A stretch of DNA of 64,000 nt, from NCBI GenBank assembly GCA_036785375.1, contig JAWMAR010000098.1, positions 4,092,001 to 4,156,000 on the forward strand, written 5' to 3'. Made by a program: the position numbers and the translations under genes. The notes beneath the pieces were generated by a model. The model searched no databases and had not been told where the DNA came from. It saw only the letters and a list, made by a program, of their open reading frames with translations. Shown here one piece after another: positions 34,961 to 47,299 of this stretch. Source of the DNA: Leucoraja ocellata (lineage: Eukaryota). How positions within the stretch are numbered: position 1 is the first letter of the stretch; each line of letters opens with the position of its first letter.

Positions 34961-36434
34961 CCTTAGGCTCGGACATGGTAAATGCCAGTTAGCACAAAGA
35001 ATAAAGATCAGAGGCGCTTTAAATCATTCATTCACTAAGAGCAGGTTGATAAATCGAGTAGGTTGAAGACACTCTTGTTTGACAAGTCCAAGTACTTGTT
35101 CTGTGATAAAGAATATGCAGCTGGCATTAGCAAAACATGCATATTTACTTCATCAAATGGCTTTTTCTATCAACTCATTAGCAATTACATTTCCAATTAA
35201 ACAGGTACATCTATCATGCAAACAACATTTGATTCCTTCCCCATCGCACACTATAAAATCCAGCTGCTATATAAACCTCTGTGCCAAACCGTAAATATGA
35301 AGTATGATGATATGGGCAACTCTACAAAGACGAAATGGTAACAATGGTGCGTTAATTAAATTTCAAATCTTTAATTATTCCCGATTTAATAAAAATCCTT
35401 ATTGCGTCAGACAGACAGGCTTTCAGAGGCAGAAAATGTAGTCAAATGCAACAGTAACTCAAAACACATAGGCCTTTGATTGGTGTGTAATAAACAGTCA
35501 ACCAGTGGCAAAGAACACACAGCTGCAGCTCTGAGTGTTGGCAGAATTCCAGAATAGTGGATCTGGCAGAAGAGCTGGAGTCGATAGTTCATTTTAATTA
35601 CTTTTAATTAAAGGTACTTTGCATTTTTAATTAATTGATTTAGAGGTATTCATTCACAGGTTGGAATCAACATGTTAACAATTATGAGTTCGTGGGATAA
35701 ATCCTTTACATAATACATTCATTTGGAGAGTGGGCTTACCCTTTTTTTAAACATGCATTTACTTTATCGTAAAATATCCCCGGTTTATAAAAAACAAATT
35801 TGTTTTCTGACAGACTGCACCAATATTTTGTTGGTGGAATATTGATGCAGATTTGAAACTCACATCTTTGCAGATATAATTTAATTTTCTTGTTTCCCAT
35901 AATTGCATTATTCTGACATTTGTGTTCAATAGTTTGTATGGATGGCATCAAATTTTAAACACAATTTAAGATAAGTGAAAATGATGGGAAATATAATTTT
36001 CTACACCAGAGGATTAATTGGAAAACTCATTGATGGGTTAGATGGCCTCCTTGTGTGCTGAGCTCTTAAGGTAGATTGCCAAAGGTACTGTTGAATTCCA
36101 ACATATAATTGAATACAAAATGATCTTATATTATTTTTTATTATAGCATAACTGGTCACAACTATATGGTGATTTACAAAGACATTCATATGCATGCAGT
36201 TTTCTGTTGGGATTAGGGTACATTTAAGGCAACCATAATTATCTCATTGAGAAGTCTTGGTTAAAGGTACATGGAATAATATGATAAAAGTCTGAACATA
36301 AATCTAAATGGTATTGAATTGAATGGGCTGACAAGATGTTTCAGAACTTATTATTCTCCTCTCTATTCTCAGTAAATGCATTTTCTTAACCAATGATACG
36401 ATAATTGAACCATTGACCATTGAATCATCAGCAA

Positions 36435-36740
36435 AAGCAGCATGAAAACAGGCCCTTCAGCCCACCGATTCCATGCTAACATTGATCACCCATTCACACT
36501 GGTTCTGTGTTATTCCACTTTTGCACCCACCCCCTACACACAAAAGGCAATTTACAGAGGCCAATAGGCCTACATGTCTTTGCGATGTGAGAGGAAACCA
36601 GAAGACACAGAGGAAACCCGTATGGTCCCAAGAAGAATGTGAAAACTCCACCAAGACAGCACCCGAGGTCAGGATCGAGCTCAGGTCTCTGGTGCTGCGA
36701 TGCAGCACGTCTATCAGCTGTGCCACTGTGCTGCCCTTCT
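36435..36740 (-). mobile_element. tRNA-derived SINE (HE1/V-SINE-like)
   Basis: acaggcccttcagcccacc...gtcaggatcgagctcaggtctctggtgctg...gccactgtgctgccct. Confidence 0.85.
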
Positions 36741-36949
36741 ATTGATTTTGCTTATTTCATTTTTTGCTATAATTTGTGGATTGACCTTGAACCAGCTAGA
36801 TGAGATGTTGACAAAGAACTACACAAATAACTTGGTCATGAAACTCATCTGTGCAATACCCATAAAAACAGTGCTGGAAATATGAAAAATCACCTCAATG
36901 TGGGTGTGAAACAGTTTTGAGTGAGCTTTGTAAATACATAAGATGGTAA

Positions 36950-37770
36950 AGACGTTGTGAGGTCTGCTTGCCTTCGTTGATCCAGGCATTGAGTATAAAA
37001 GTCAGGAAGTCATGTTGCAACTGCCTAAAACTTTGGAGTATTGTGTGCAGTTCTGGTCGCCACTTTTAAAAGAAGGATGTAAAGGCTTCAGGAGGGGTGT
37101 AGAGGTTTGCCGAAATGCCACTGGGATTAGAGGATATTAGCTATAAGGAGAGGTTGGACAGGGTTAAATTGCTTTCTCTGGAACATTGGGGGTTGAGGGA
37201 AGACCTGATAGAAGTTTATAACATTATGATAGACATTGATAAGGTACATAGATTATTTTCTCCAGGGTAGAAATGTTAAATACTGGAAGGCATGGCTTAA
37301 AGGTCAGAGGGGGGAAGTTGACAGGAAATAGGCGGAGCAAGTTTTTTTTACACAGAAAGTGCTGGGTGCCTGGAAAGTGCTGGAAGCAGACACGATAGTG
37401 ACGTTTCATCATGACTTTTATTGCATTTCTTTCATTCATAGTTTTTCTCGTTTCCCTTATCCCTAACTACTCTGTAGAAGGTTCTCTACCCGAAAAGCCA
37501 CCCATTCCTTCTAGCCAGAGATGCTGCTTGTCCCATTGAGTTACTCCAGCTTTTTGTGTCTATCTTTGGTTTAAACCAGCATCTGCAGTTCCTTCCTACG
37601 CAGTAACATTTAACAGGTATTTAGACCGGTACATGAATGTGCAGGGAATTAAGAGATATGTATCAGATTCATGTCGATGAGATTAATTTAATTTGACATC
37701 ATGTTTGACATAGACATTGTGTGCCAAAGGATCTCTTCCAGTGCTGTAGTGTTCTATGTTCTAAATTCTA
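36950..37770 (+). mobile_element. CR1 LINE 3' fragment with nested Penelope repeat
   Basis: ggagtattgtgtgcagttctggtcgcc (LEYCVQFWSP), gagggaagacctgatagaagtttataac, ttctatgttcta tail. Confidence 0.85.
37440..37601 (+). mobile_element. Penelope terminal repeat copy nested in CR1
   Basis: ctgtagaaggttctctacccgaaaagccacccattcc...aaaccagcatctgcagttccttcctac. Confidence 0.8.
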
Positions 37771-38663
37771 TTTATTGGTTTCTGAGTCGGTTTGTAGCCA
37801 GCTCATTTTTAGTCAAGATTTTCATGATCACTAGTGCTATTTTTTCAGTCTCAATATCACACAACCTGCAGTTCCAATTGTGGGCAGAGAAAGGTGCCAT
37901 CTGGGTATTGCAGTTTGATGAGTGAGTGTTGAATGATCTTGGTTCTGGAGTGAAGTTGTCTGAAGAAAGAAGATTAATCCAAGTACAGTATCTACAGAAG
38001 CCTCTCCTGCTATCTGCCATAGTGGTTATTGCAAGGCTCATCTTTAACTAGCTCCAACTAGTGGCTGCAGATCAGTTCCCCATCTAACAATTTACATTAT
38101 ATCCACCAAAGGGACTGTTTCTACATTTTATCGCCAAACTAAACTAAAGTATCAAGTACTATTGCGTGTCTTCATACTGTACCTTGCATTATTTCATATC
38201 AGCATTTGACACTGTCAACCAAGAGGAATTGTGGGGAAACATTGTCAAGTTTGGTTGCTTTCAGAAATTTGCTTCTGTTGCACATCTGCCACATTTTGGC
38301 AGATAAATTAATTCTAAACAACAGGTCTACCTGAGACCTCTTCAAAATGCAGAATAAGGTCAAGGAAAGAATGTCTCATAGCTCAATCATTTTCAATCAA
38401 ACTTTCTCACCACAATATTCCAACAAGATTCCTATTGTCATGGAACTAATCTACACCATAAATGGAAATTTGTTCAATGGACAATGGTTCAATTGTTCAA
38501 TCTTATACTCAGATGACTGCTCCATTCGGGCAGAGTTGGGAAACTTCAGTTGAACAATTTCATATTGAGCATGATGCCAACTGCAAGAGCTTTGTGGAAA
38601 CCATGTCAGGGCAGCTCACTGTCTGCAGCACACTGGTGGCACACTGGAATATTTACCAGTCAT

Positions 38664-38797
38664 TAGTCTGAGGAATGTCCTCGACCCAAATTGTCACCCG
38701 TTCCTTCTCTCCAGAGAAGCTGCCTGACCCGCTGAGTTACTCCAGCATTTTGTGTCTATCTTCGGTGTAAACCAGCATCTGCAGTTTCTTCCTGCAC
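38664..38797 (+). mobile_element. Short hammerhead-bearing Penelope-derived copy
   Basis: agtctgaggaatgtcctcgacccaaattgtcacc, with a full tail to cagtttcttcctgcac. Confidence 0.85.
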
Positions 38798-39103
38798 ATC
38801 CCTTATGCATGACTGTGCACTGGATTACTTGTTATCAGACTGGCCTTGCCATTGCCTGCTGCGATGAAGCAGAGGAAAGAACCACAGCCAAGATGCTGGC
38901 TGTAACATTGGGAAAACAAATAGAAGGAGGAATGCGAGAGGGGTGGGGTGAGGAAATACTCCATTTAGACCCTCAGTAACTGCTACTCTGTGCAAGGTCA
39001 TCCCAAGGAGCATACCTCCCAGAAGGTGCTGGGAAGCCTGAGATGATTTACAAAAACCTCTTAATCTCAACTCCTGGATTGTTAGATTGCTCAAACAAAA
39101 TCA

Positions 39104-39166
39104 TTTAAACAACAACAGAATCTAACAAATTGTCTTTAAACAACAACAGAAGCTAACAAATTGTCT
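39104..39166. repeat. 31-bp tandem duplication (2 copies)
   Basis: tttaaacaacaacagaa(t/g)ctaacaaattgtc x2. Confidence 0.9.
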
Positions 39167-40129
39167 TCAGTCATGGTGAGACAATCAGTTGCAGCTCCTA
39201 TCCATTGTAGCCACCTGGCGATGATAAATAACTTTCAAAAAGTTACAGAACTTAAAATGGATGCAGAATTTCTCTCCCATAAACTGCAGGCTGAAGGTAC
39301 CTCAGCATTTTTAGTTTCAGCCAGACACTGCTACAATTTATTTTTCTTTTCAGAGCCTAGGCTCAATCAAATGTCCATTTGTCATTGTTGTCCAGTCTTG
39401 AAAGAAACATGAGCGTCACCCCTCGTTGTATACAGCCTTCATTTTTCAAACATAACACCTGCTGCATCTTGAATTAATCTCAGGGGCTGAATACCTTTGT
39501 GGCACACAGCTCTGCCCATTTGCAAACCTTACAGGTGTTCAGCAAATGGTCCACTTAAACAAAAATGCCTGCAGTCAAGTACATGAATGGATAGTTAGGA
39601 TCAGGACATTACAAAGTACCAAGGCTGCACAATGAAATCAGAAGGACACTTCATAATCTCCACTTGATTCAAAGGAATACTTAGGAAGCAGCTGCAAGTG
39701 GTCATACTTGATGGAGATGTACATTCAGAAGCCTCACAGTTCCGTTTGATACTGGAGGGAACTTTGTACAATGTAGTCCATTTGGCATACCAACGTGTTC
39801 AATTACTGACCTAAGATCTTACATTGAGATCCATGGTCAGATTCTACTGCCATGAAGCCTGTGCGAAGGAAACACAGGGATGTGTAACAATGTGGTTCAA
39901 GTAGATACAGTGGATCTGTCTCTACACTTTTGAGATTTTTCAAACACAATTATCTTTCAATGACAAACAAACAGAAAGACATGATTCAAGTATGACATTT
40001 GGCGTTAGTCAATGTAATCAATAATTTGAGGCTATCGTCCGATTTACAAAAGCCTCTCAACTCACTGGCTTTTGAATCTGCCTCTGAGATTACAATCATC
40101 CTGATGTGACTCTCTGCCATTTGAACCAT

Positions 40130-41210
40130 TTGCCTGACTTCAATATAATCTGCAGCCGAGCTGAATACTTAAGCCACTGCCATGACAGACTTCATCAGGA
40201 AGTACATAGAAGAGTGTGTGCCAAAGAAGACTATCCAAGTGTGTCCCAACCACAAACCATGGACGAACCATGAGATCCATTGGGTGAAATCCAAGGCCGC
40301 TGCATACAAGTCAAACGAAGGCCAAGACCACTGCATACGTCAAATGATCCTGAATAATACAGGAAATCATTCCATGATTTTGCAAAACGGTCAGGAATGC
40401 CAAGAGGCAATATCGGGACAAACTAGAGTCCCTGCATAATCACTCGAATACCTGTTGACTGAGCCAAGGTTTGAATACTACAGCATGTTACAAAGAAAAG
40501 TCAAGCAGCGTCACTGACTGCCATCCCTCTCTGGTGAACTGAATGCATTCTCTACTCACTTAGAACAGAGTGATGAATCCGTCCTGACAGACTCAAATCA
40601 AGAGTCAAGTGCCAGTTCCCACGGTCACTGTTACAGAAGTTAGATCGGTCTTCCTGAGGGCAAACCCACCAAAAGCAACTAACCCGGATGTAGTCCCGTG
40701 TTGCGTCCTTAGGACCTGCATAGATAAACTAGCGGGAGTATTCACGGACATCTTTAACCTCTCCCTAATCCGTTCGGAGGTCCCCGCCTTCTCCATCAAC
40801 TCCATCTACACTTCACGCTGCCCCAGTAAGGCCACAAGCATAATCAAGGACTGGTTTCACCCTCTTCTCCCTTCTCCACGTAGGCAGGAAGTACAAATGT
40901 TTGAAAACATGTACAGTATCTTCAGATTCAGGAACTGTTTCTTCCCAGCCGTTATCAGCCAACTGAACCGTCCTTTCATCAGCTATGATGCAGTCCTGAC
41001 CTCCCATCTACCTCATTGGACATCTTTGAACTTTCTTTAACCGGACTTTATCAGACTTCAATGCCAATGTTAAATCTGGCACTAAATGTGTATCTTCATC
41101 TGTGCACTATGGATGGCTTAATAGTATGCATATCTAGTCTTTTCTTTGACAGTATTGCACGCAAACGAAAGCTTTTCACTCTCACGGTAGATGTGACAAT
41201 ATTAAACTAA
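40130..41210 (+). mobile_element. Rex1/Babar LINE, internally deleted
   Basis: TDFIRKYIEECVPKKTIQVCPNHKPW and VRSVFLRANPPKATNPDVVPCCVLRTCIDKLAGVFTDIFNLSL motifs; gcttttcact...gtgacaat tail. Confidence 0.88.
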
Positions 41211-41299
41211 TCATTAATGTACATGGATTCTTTAGAGAGCCCAACAACAACAAATTACAACTGAATGTGTTCATAGATTTCCCTTCCCTGTTTGCCTGA

Positions 41300-41644
41300 T
41301 TGTGGCCAGATCAGGGAAGGGAAGAGCTGAATCCCCCCCAATGCAGGAGCTGGATCGCCTCGACGCGGAGGGCCCAAAATGCCGCCGTCTACCGGAGTGA
41401 AGATCGTCCCGTCAACGGAGGGCTCGAGATCCCCGACCGCCGGAGAGCTAAGGGAAGAGATTGAAAATTTTTTTGCCTTCCATCACAGTGAGGAACGTGG
41501 AGTCCCTGTGGTGGATGTTTATGTTGAAATGTATTTTGTGTGTTCTGTTGCTTTTTATTTGCATGACTGACTTGTCAAATGAAATTCCCCGTATTTGCAA
41601 AGCATACTTGGCTAATAAAGTATTATTGTGATTGTGATTGTGAT
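41300..41644 (+). mobile_element. 3' part of a GC-rich non-autonomous retroelement
   Basis: CpG-rich segment, then gccttccatcacagtgagga, ending aataaagtatt(attgtg)n. Confidence 0.65.
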
Positions 41645-41994
41645 ACTGCCAGCTATAACCCTCTGTGAAGATCTCTTCAATCTTACCTCTTCCTTCATGG
41701 TGCCGGGATCTGCTGGTGGAATCAGCAGGGATGGACAAGCTGGCAGGCACACCAGGGAGCTCTCCAGCGACTGCACCCAGTGCTAACATGACCTCCTGCT
41801 CTTCAAGTGCTTCCAGTAGCTCCACTGGGCTCCCTTCTTTGCCTCTTCGGGAAACGCCTAAATTGGAAGGCTTTACAGGTGGTCCTGCACTGATCTTGAG
41901 TTACGAATATATCTTATCTATAAGCCTATCCTACAACCACTAAGAACTCAACTTAGATCGTTTAGCAAATATTGACTTATGGAGAAGTTTAGTT

Positions 41995-42430
41995 TAGTTT
42001 GGCAGATGGGTGAACAATGGCTAGAGATGAAAAGAAGGCAACAAGGCGTTAGGTAAGTAGAGAGGGGTGAAATATGAAGGCAGAGGGAGGGATATACATG
42101 GAAGGTGAAGGGAAAGGGGAGTGGGATAGTCAGATAAATGGGTGTGCACCCGGAGTTTGGGGAAAGGGGAAAGCAAAGGGGGTGAAAGAAAAGAGGGGAG
42201 GAGGGGGGTTACCTAAAATTATAGAATTCAATGTTTATTTTGTTGGGTAGTAAGCTGCCCAAGCAGAATATGAGGTGCCGTTCCTTCAGTTTACACGTGG
42301 TTTCACTCTGGCAGTGAGGAGGCCCAGGACACGAAGGTCAGTGTAGGAATGGGAAGGGGAGTTAAAATGGTTAGCAACAGGAGATCCAGCAGGCCTTGGC
42401 AGATCAAGTGTTCAATGAAACAGTCCATTG
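41995..42430 (-). mobile_element. Neptune-type Penelope-like 3' fragment
   Basis: Homologous to 4250-4625 and antisense to 23400-23700 (gaattcaatgttt...aagctgcccaagcagaatatgaggtgccgttcc). Confidence 0.8.
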
Positions 42431-42751
42431 GTCTCCACTCCATGTAAAGATTCCTTTCACAACGAGTGAGGATGTGTTACTGCAAGCTGCAATGAATTCA
42501 CACCCGGCAGGTTTTGGACAAATTCCACTTCTCCGGATGCCTGGAGCTTGATTGCAGACTCTGCATCTTTTCTTGCTGCACTGTTCCTCCCTCCCGTGGA
42601 CCATTTGATCCGTCAATCTCACTCTAAGTGTGAGAGCACGCACCATGTCCCCACCATGGAATTACTGTTACAGCCATTGTGACGAAAACAACACTCTCAA
42701 ATGTTTCATGTATGTACATTTTAGCACTGGCTGAGAGGGCTTAACTTCAAA

Positions 42752-42870
42752 GTTTAGTTAAATTTAGTTTAGTTTAGATTAGATTAGATTAGATTAGAGA
42801 TGCAATGTGGAAATAGGCCCTTCTGCCTGCCGAATCTTTGCTGACCAGCGATCACTAATTCTATCCTGCA
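42752..42870 (-). mobile_element. SINE 3' tail with (TTTAG/ATTAG)n microsatellite
   Basis: tttagtttagattagattag...ggaaataggcccttc...gaccagcgatca. Confidence 0.75.
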
Positions 42871-43419
42871 CACAATTTATTGACTTATTGTTCATAGTTT
42901 CAATAGCTCTATGCAATTATTTTAAGGAACTTGTTTATACTGTTACCTGCCTTCTTCAATAAAAAATTATGACTTTGCTGCTTTCATTTTTACCTCTGCT
43001 GGAGAAATTCCGCACTTCCGACCCTACTACCACTCTCTGTTGCCTTGCCGTTTAACCTTTCCCACGATCTGCCCTTTCACATATTTTCCCTTTTATTCTC
43101 TCTGCCCCTTTTCTCTTACTCTCCGTCCTAAAGTCCGTTTGTTCTTTCAGTTCCGTTCAAATGTCATAGACTCTGAAACATCGATTCTGTTCCTCCTTCC
43201 CAGGATCCTGTAAAACCAACTGAGTGTTTCCAGAATTTTGTTCTCATGAAGCACCCGATAATTGTTTAAACTCGAATAAAAATAGTGGACAACAAAATAC
43301 ATCCAGATTGAAGAATATAACTGACCAATAGAATGTGGAATCTGGCATGTCCATTTTTGGCATGGAAAATATTGAATGTGCACTTAAGAAGTTGTTTTTT
43401 TTGTGTGAATAGTTTTAGT

Positions 43420-43721
43420 GAATCATTTTACAGATGCAGCACAGAAACAGGCCTTTCGGCCCACCGACAAGCAATCATCCTGCATATTAGCACTATTCTA
43501 CACACTAAGTACAATTTACAATTTTTTACCGAAGCCAAATTAAGCTATAAACCTGTACATTTTTTGGAATGTGGGAGGAAACCAGAGCACCTGGAGAAAA
43601 ACCATGCGATCACAGGGAATACGTCCAAAATCCATACAGACAGCGCCCGTAGTCAGGATCGAACCTGGGTCTCTGGCACTCCAAGGCAGCAAGTCTAACC
43701 CTGCACCACGGTGCCGCCCTT
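43420..43721 (-). mobile_element. tRNA-derived SINE (HE1/V-SINE-like)
   Basis: gaaacaggcctttcggcccacc...gtcaggatcgaacctgggtctctggc...gcaccacggtgccgccct. Confidence 0.88.
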
Positions 43722-43816
43722 AAAAGGTCAGTTTTGGCTCAGTAAACTATAAAATACCTCTACTTTCCCCAACTGTGATTAAAGGCCAACCACAGTCCCA
43801 CCCCTTCTAATGTTCA

Positions 43817-43942
43817 TAGGTAGACAAAAATCTATGGAGCGAAGGAAATAGGCAACGTTTCGGGTCTAAACCCTTCTTTAGACTGATGTGAGGGTGGGGG
43901 AGCGGAAGGAAGACCGCCCCCCCCCCCCCCCCCCCCCCCCAT
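43817..43942 (-). mobile_element. Short Penelope-derived insertion with poly-C filler
   Basis: gcaacgtttcgggtctaaacccttctttagactgatg; 13-bp TSD cttctaatgttca at 43804-43816 and 43943-43955. Confidence 0.85.
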
Positions 43943-44821
43943 CTTCTAATGTTCAGTCTCTTCCTCCTTCTTAACACCAACATCCACTGCAATATCTCTG
44001 AAGATGATTGCCAATTGCACCTGTTTTAAGACTATTCCAATTCAATTCTCCCACAACTGTTACTGGAAGCAGATTTGGAGAGACATCTAGGGTGGCCAGG
44101 CAATACTGTAGCATTAAAACTCTGGCTAATTTGCGCTCATCTTTTAGCTGTAGGACAGTGAGATAAACGATAGAACTCCTCCAATATTTGGACTGAGATA
44201 ACTAACAGGGGAAAGTAAGCATTTGGGTTGGGATCCTCTTAGTTGTTATGGTTGGTAATGAATTGGACAGTTTATGTGCTCACAGAGTCTTCAGAGCAGT
44301 CATTCAGCAATTCTTCAACCACAATCCTAACAAGGGAAACACCCTCTTTTTGCACCAGTGCAAGTTCACTTAGTCTCACTGACTAGCTTATGATCATTAT
44401 TCCTCCACAAGGTATTGAATTCCCATACGACTACTTAAAATGCCAACAGGCACACTGCTTCTTATGAAGTAAAAACCCACTGAGAGACAATCTAAAATAA
44501 ATGGCGTCTAAAGAAATTGATGTCAGATCCAAGGGACTAAGGTACATCTTTATTTATCGAGAGTTGACAAAATCTCAGTGTCATTAAATACAGTTAGCTC
44601 TTAAACATAGAAGATTCCAATGGTTGCTGTTAAACATGCTCAGCATTTGAGAGATTTTCATCCTGAAGGAACTTATCATCATTCATGGTTCTTTTTCTAT
44701 AGTTTTCTAAGTGGACGTTTCCCACTTGTCCAGCATCTGCATTCTTCTTTGGATCACAGCAATACATGAAATGGTGCATTCCCCACTCTGCCGGAAAACA
44801 AACTGGAAGAATAATAGATTA

Positions 44822-44960
44822 ATAATAGTCAATAGTCAATATTGTTTTATTTGTCACATATGCAAATGCACAGTGAAATTCGTTTTGCATATATTACACA
44901 TGCGGGCGCCACCATTTTTGTTGCCATCATTCAGATGGGTCGGCCCATCTGGCCATCTTT
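44822..44960 (-). mobile_element. LINE/SINE 3' tail (Rex1-type)
   Basis: (aatagtc)n, tttatttgtcaca...acagtgaaatt. Confidence 0.55.
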
Positions 44961-45199
44961 GTATCCCAGTGCTAATAGTACTAAGCCATGGACAACCTAG
45001 CCCATCCCAGACATTAACTGACTATATATCTCTTCTGATTAGAAATGAATTAACTTTTAAGTATATATTTTTTATTAAGCCATTCCAACCACATCTGCTG
45101 GCGGTTTTGCTCGAGACGTTTTCAGTGAACTAACTGATGCAGTTAGATTAGTGTCCCCAATCTGAGCACTTGGTTCCATATGGACAATTAGAATCAGTC

Positions 45200-45782
45200 C
45201 AACAGGCAAAGCCCCCCTCCGCCTCCCAGGACTGGAGGATTTTTCCCCATCGATGAAAAATCAGAGAGATATTAATGTTTTTTAAAAATTCCCCATTCTC
45301 TCTGCTGCCCCCTCTGGCGGCAGGGGGGTACTATAAATCCCGTAAGTGTAGTCCCTCAATCAGTCTCTGCCAGACCCAGGAAGTGGGAGGGTTTCGGCTC
45401 TCTGAGGCTGTTAGGTGGCTGCTGCTTAATTGTTTGCCTCGCCTTTTTAACAAGTTTGTGTTCACAAAATGAATGTTGGTTGTCGGGTGACTGCTGGCCA
45501 ATTGTTTGCCTCGCCTTTTTAACAAGTTTGTGTTCACAAAATGAATTTTGGTTGTCGGGTGGCTGCTGCCAAATTGTTTGCCTCGCCTTTATAACAAGTT
45601 TATACTAGCCCTCTGGAAACCAGTACCTTCGGCCCGCAACACCCATACTAGTGCAATAGAAAGCCCCCACCCCCCCCCCCCCCCCACTGGCGAGCAATAT
45701 TGGAATTGGTGGAGAGGTGGAATATTGCGTTGGTGACCAACCCTCCGTGTGATGCTGGGACCCAACGGGTCCCACTCTATAG
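45200..45782 (+). mobile_element. Helitron-like non-autonomous element
   Basis: 3' GC hairpin tgggaccc-aac-gggtccca (45756-45774) shortly before ...tag|t; no TIR or TSD; 5' boundary uncertain. Confidence 0.6.
45414..45601. repeat. 72-bp minisatellite, about 2.6 copies
   Basis: aattgtttgcctcgcc recurs at 45428, 45500 and 45572. Confidence 0.9.
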
Positions 45783-45789
45783 TATATGG

Positions 45790-45910
45790 TCACACTGATC
45801 TGATCTGTATTTATGCCTAAAATATTCTGTCATGCTGCAGCAAGCAAGAATTTCATTGTTCTATCTGGGACACATGACAATAAACTCTCTTGCCTCTAGA
45901 CTTGACTTGA
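45790..45910 (+). mobile_element. Rex1-type LINE 3' tail
   Basis: gcaagcaagaatttcattgtt...catgacaataaac...(gactt)n. Confidence 0.55.
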
Positions 45911-45963
45911 TCCCCCTTCTGGTTCAGCAGTCCCCAAGAGCCAGCTAGTACAACCTCCAACAA

Positions 45964-46058
45964 AGTCTGAAGAAGGGTCTCGACTCGAAACGTTACCCAT
46001 TCCTTCTCTCCAGAAATACTGTCTGTCCCGCTGAGCTACTCCAGCATTTTGTGTCTAT
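45964..46058 (+). mobile_element. Short hammerhead-bearing Penelope-derived insertion
   Basis: agt-CTGAAGA-agggtctcgactc-GAAAC-GTT; 9-bp TSD ctccaacaa at 45955-45963 and 46059-46067. Confidence 0.9.
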
Positions 46059-46547
46059 CTCCAACAATTATTGGTCAATGTGGGTTTTCTGTCCACTTAA
46101 GTAGCAAAGGTGATGTTCACTGTGGCCAACAATAATCAATAAGGCCAGCCATTGGTGTTTCAATGCTATTCGGTAGGAGGTAGACTTGTGCTGCCAAATA
46201 TTCTACATTAACCATAAACTGCTTCATAACATCAAGAACCCATTGCTATTTTGATTGTTTTTAGGAACAAAATGTACAGAACCAATATTTTCCAAATATA
46301 ACTATTATTTATCTGGCACAAGTTGTGCAGATAAATTGCACTTCTATTTGGAAAAAATAATGAAATAATCTTATTCTTATTAAATAAATTCTGGAATCAC
46401 AAACAAATGTGTAATTGTTTTCTCCACAGCCCTCCAGTTGAAAGCTGACTGCTGATCATCATTTAGTTACACAGGTATTCACCATCATTATTTGTTTTAC
46501 ATGACACCATTTTTCTGAATATGAACATGTTTTAAGTAAAACATTTT

Positions 46548-46955
46548 AGGGTGGCACAGTTGTACAGTGGCACAGTTGCTGCCTTCCAGGACGAGAGATC
46601 CTGACTATGGGTGCTGCCTGTATGGTGTTTGCATGATCGCCATGTGAACACATTGGTTGCTCCAGTTTCCTCCAACACTCGAAAGACGTTCAGGTTTGTA
46701 AGTTGTAAATCAGGTTTGTCTGAAGAAGGGTCTCGACCGGAAACATCGCCTATTTCCTTCGTTCCACAGATGCTGCCTCACCTGCTGAGTTTCTCCAGCA
46801 TTTTTGTCTACCTTCGATTTTCCAGCATCTGCAGTTCCTTCTTGAACGGGTTTGTAAGTTAATCAGCTTCTGTAAATTGATCGCTGGTCGATGCAGGTCC
46901 GGTTGGCCGAAGGGCCTGTATCCACGCTGTATCTCTCAACTAAACTAAACTAAAC
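46548..46955 (+). mobile_element. tRNA-derived SINE interrupted by a Penelope-derived insertion
   Basis: agggtggcacag head, gaagggcctgtatccacgctgtatctc(taaac)n tail. Confidence 0.82.
46705..46848 (+). mobile_element. Short hammerhead-bearing Penelope-derived insertion (subfamily B)
   Basis: CTGAAGA at 46720; 12-bp TSD ggtttgtaagtt at 46693-46704 and 46849-46860. Confidence 0.9.
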
Positions 46956-47299
46956 GAAAAGTCTAATTTGAAATAGATTTCACTTTAAATCTTTACATGT
47001 TGCCATGTTCACTTTCTTTTTGGAACTGAACATTTGTTCAACCTCTTTTATAGGTTTTGGTCAGAAATTGATACTTTAAACGTATATCTTGCAGAAGGTA
47101 GCAAAATGTTTCTTAACAAAATAACTTTTCCACACAAAAATAAAACTACCAAGAGACCGTAGACTTAAAGAAATAGTTGCTAGAAATTCAATTTATAAAT
47201 TATGTTTGGCAGATAAAAGTGTGCCAGTGTTATTGTAAATCACATTTTATTTAATCTGATATTTTACAGACCTGCTCAACATTGAACCATTGCTTGACC

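Larger units (their letters stand above)
38200..39800 (+). mobile_element. Decayed RTE (BovB-like) LINE reverse-transcriptase relic
   Basis: 38202 onward translates AFDTVNQEELWGNIVKFGCFQKF; downstream ELIYTINGNLFN resembles the RTE YRxDGKLFN motif; 3' boundary uncertain. Confidence 0.6.

Noticed and set aside
45414-45601. Regularly spaced repeats suggesting a CRISPR array
   Set aside because: Whole units repeat with no unique spacers, no cas genes, and the context is vertebrate.
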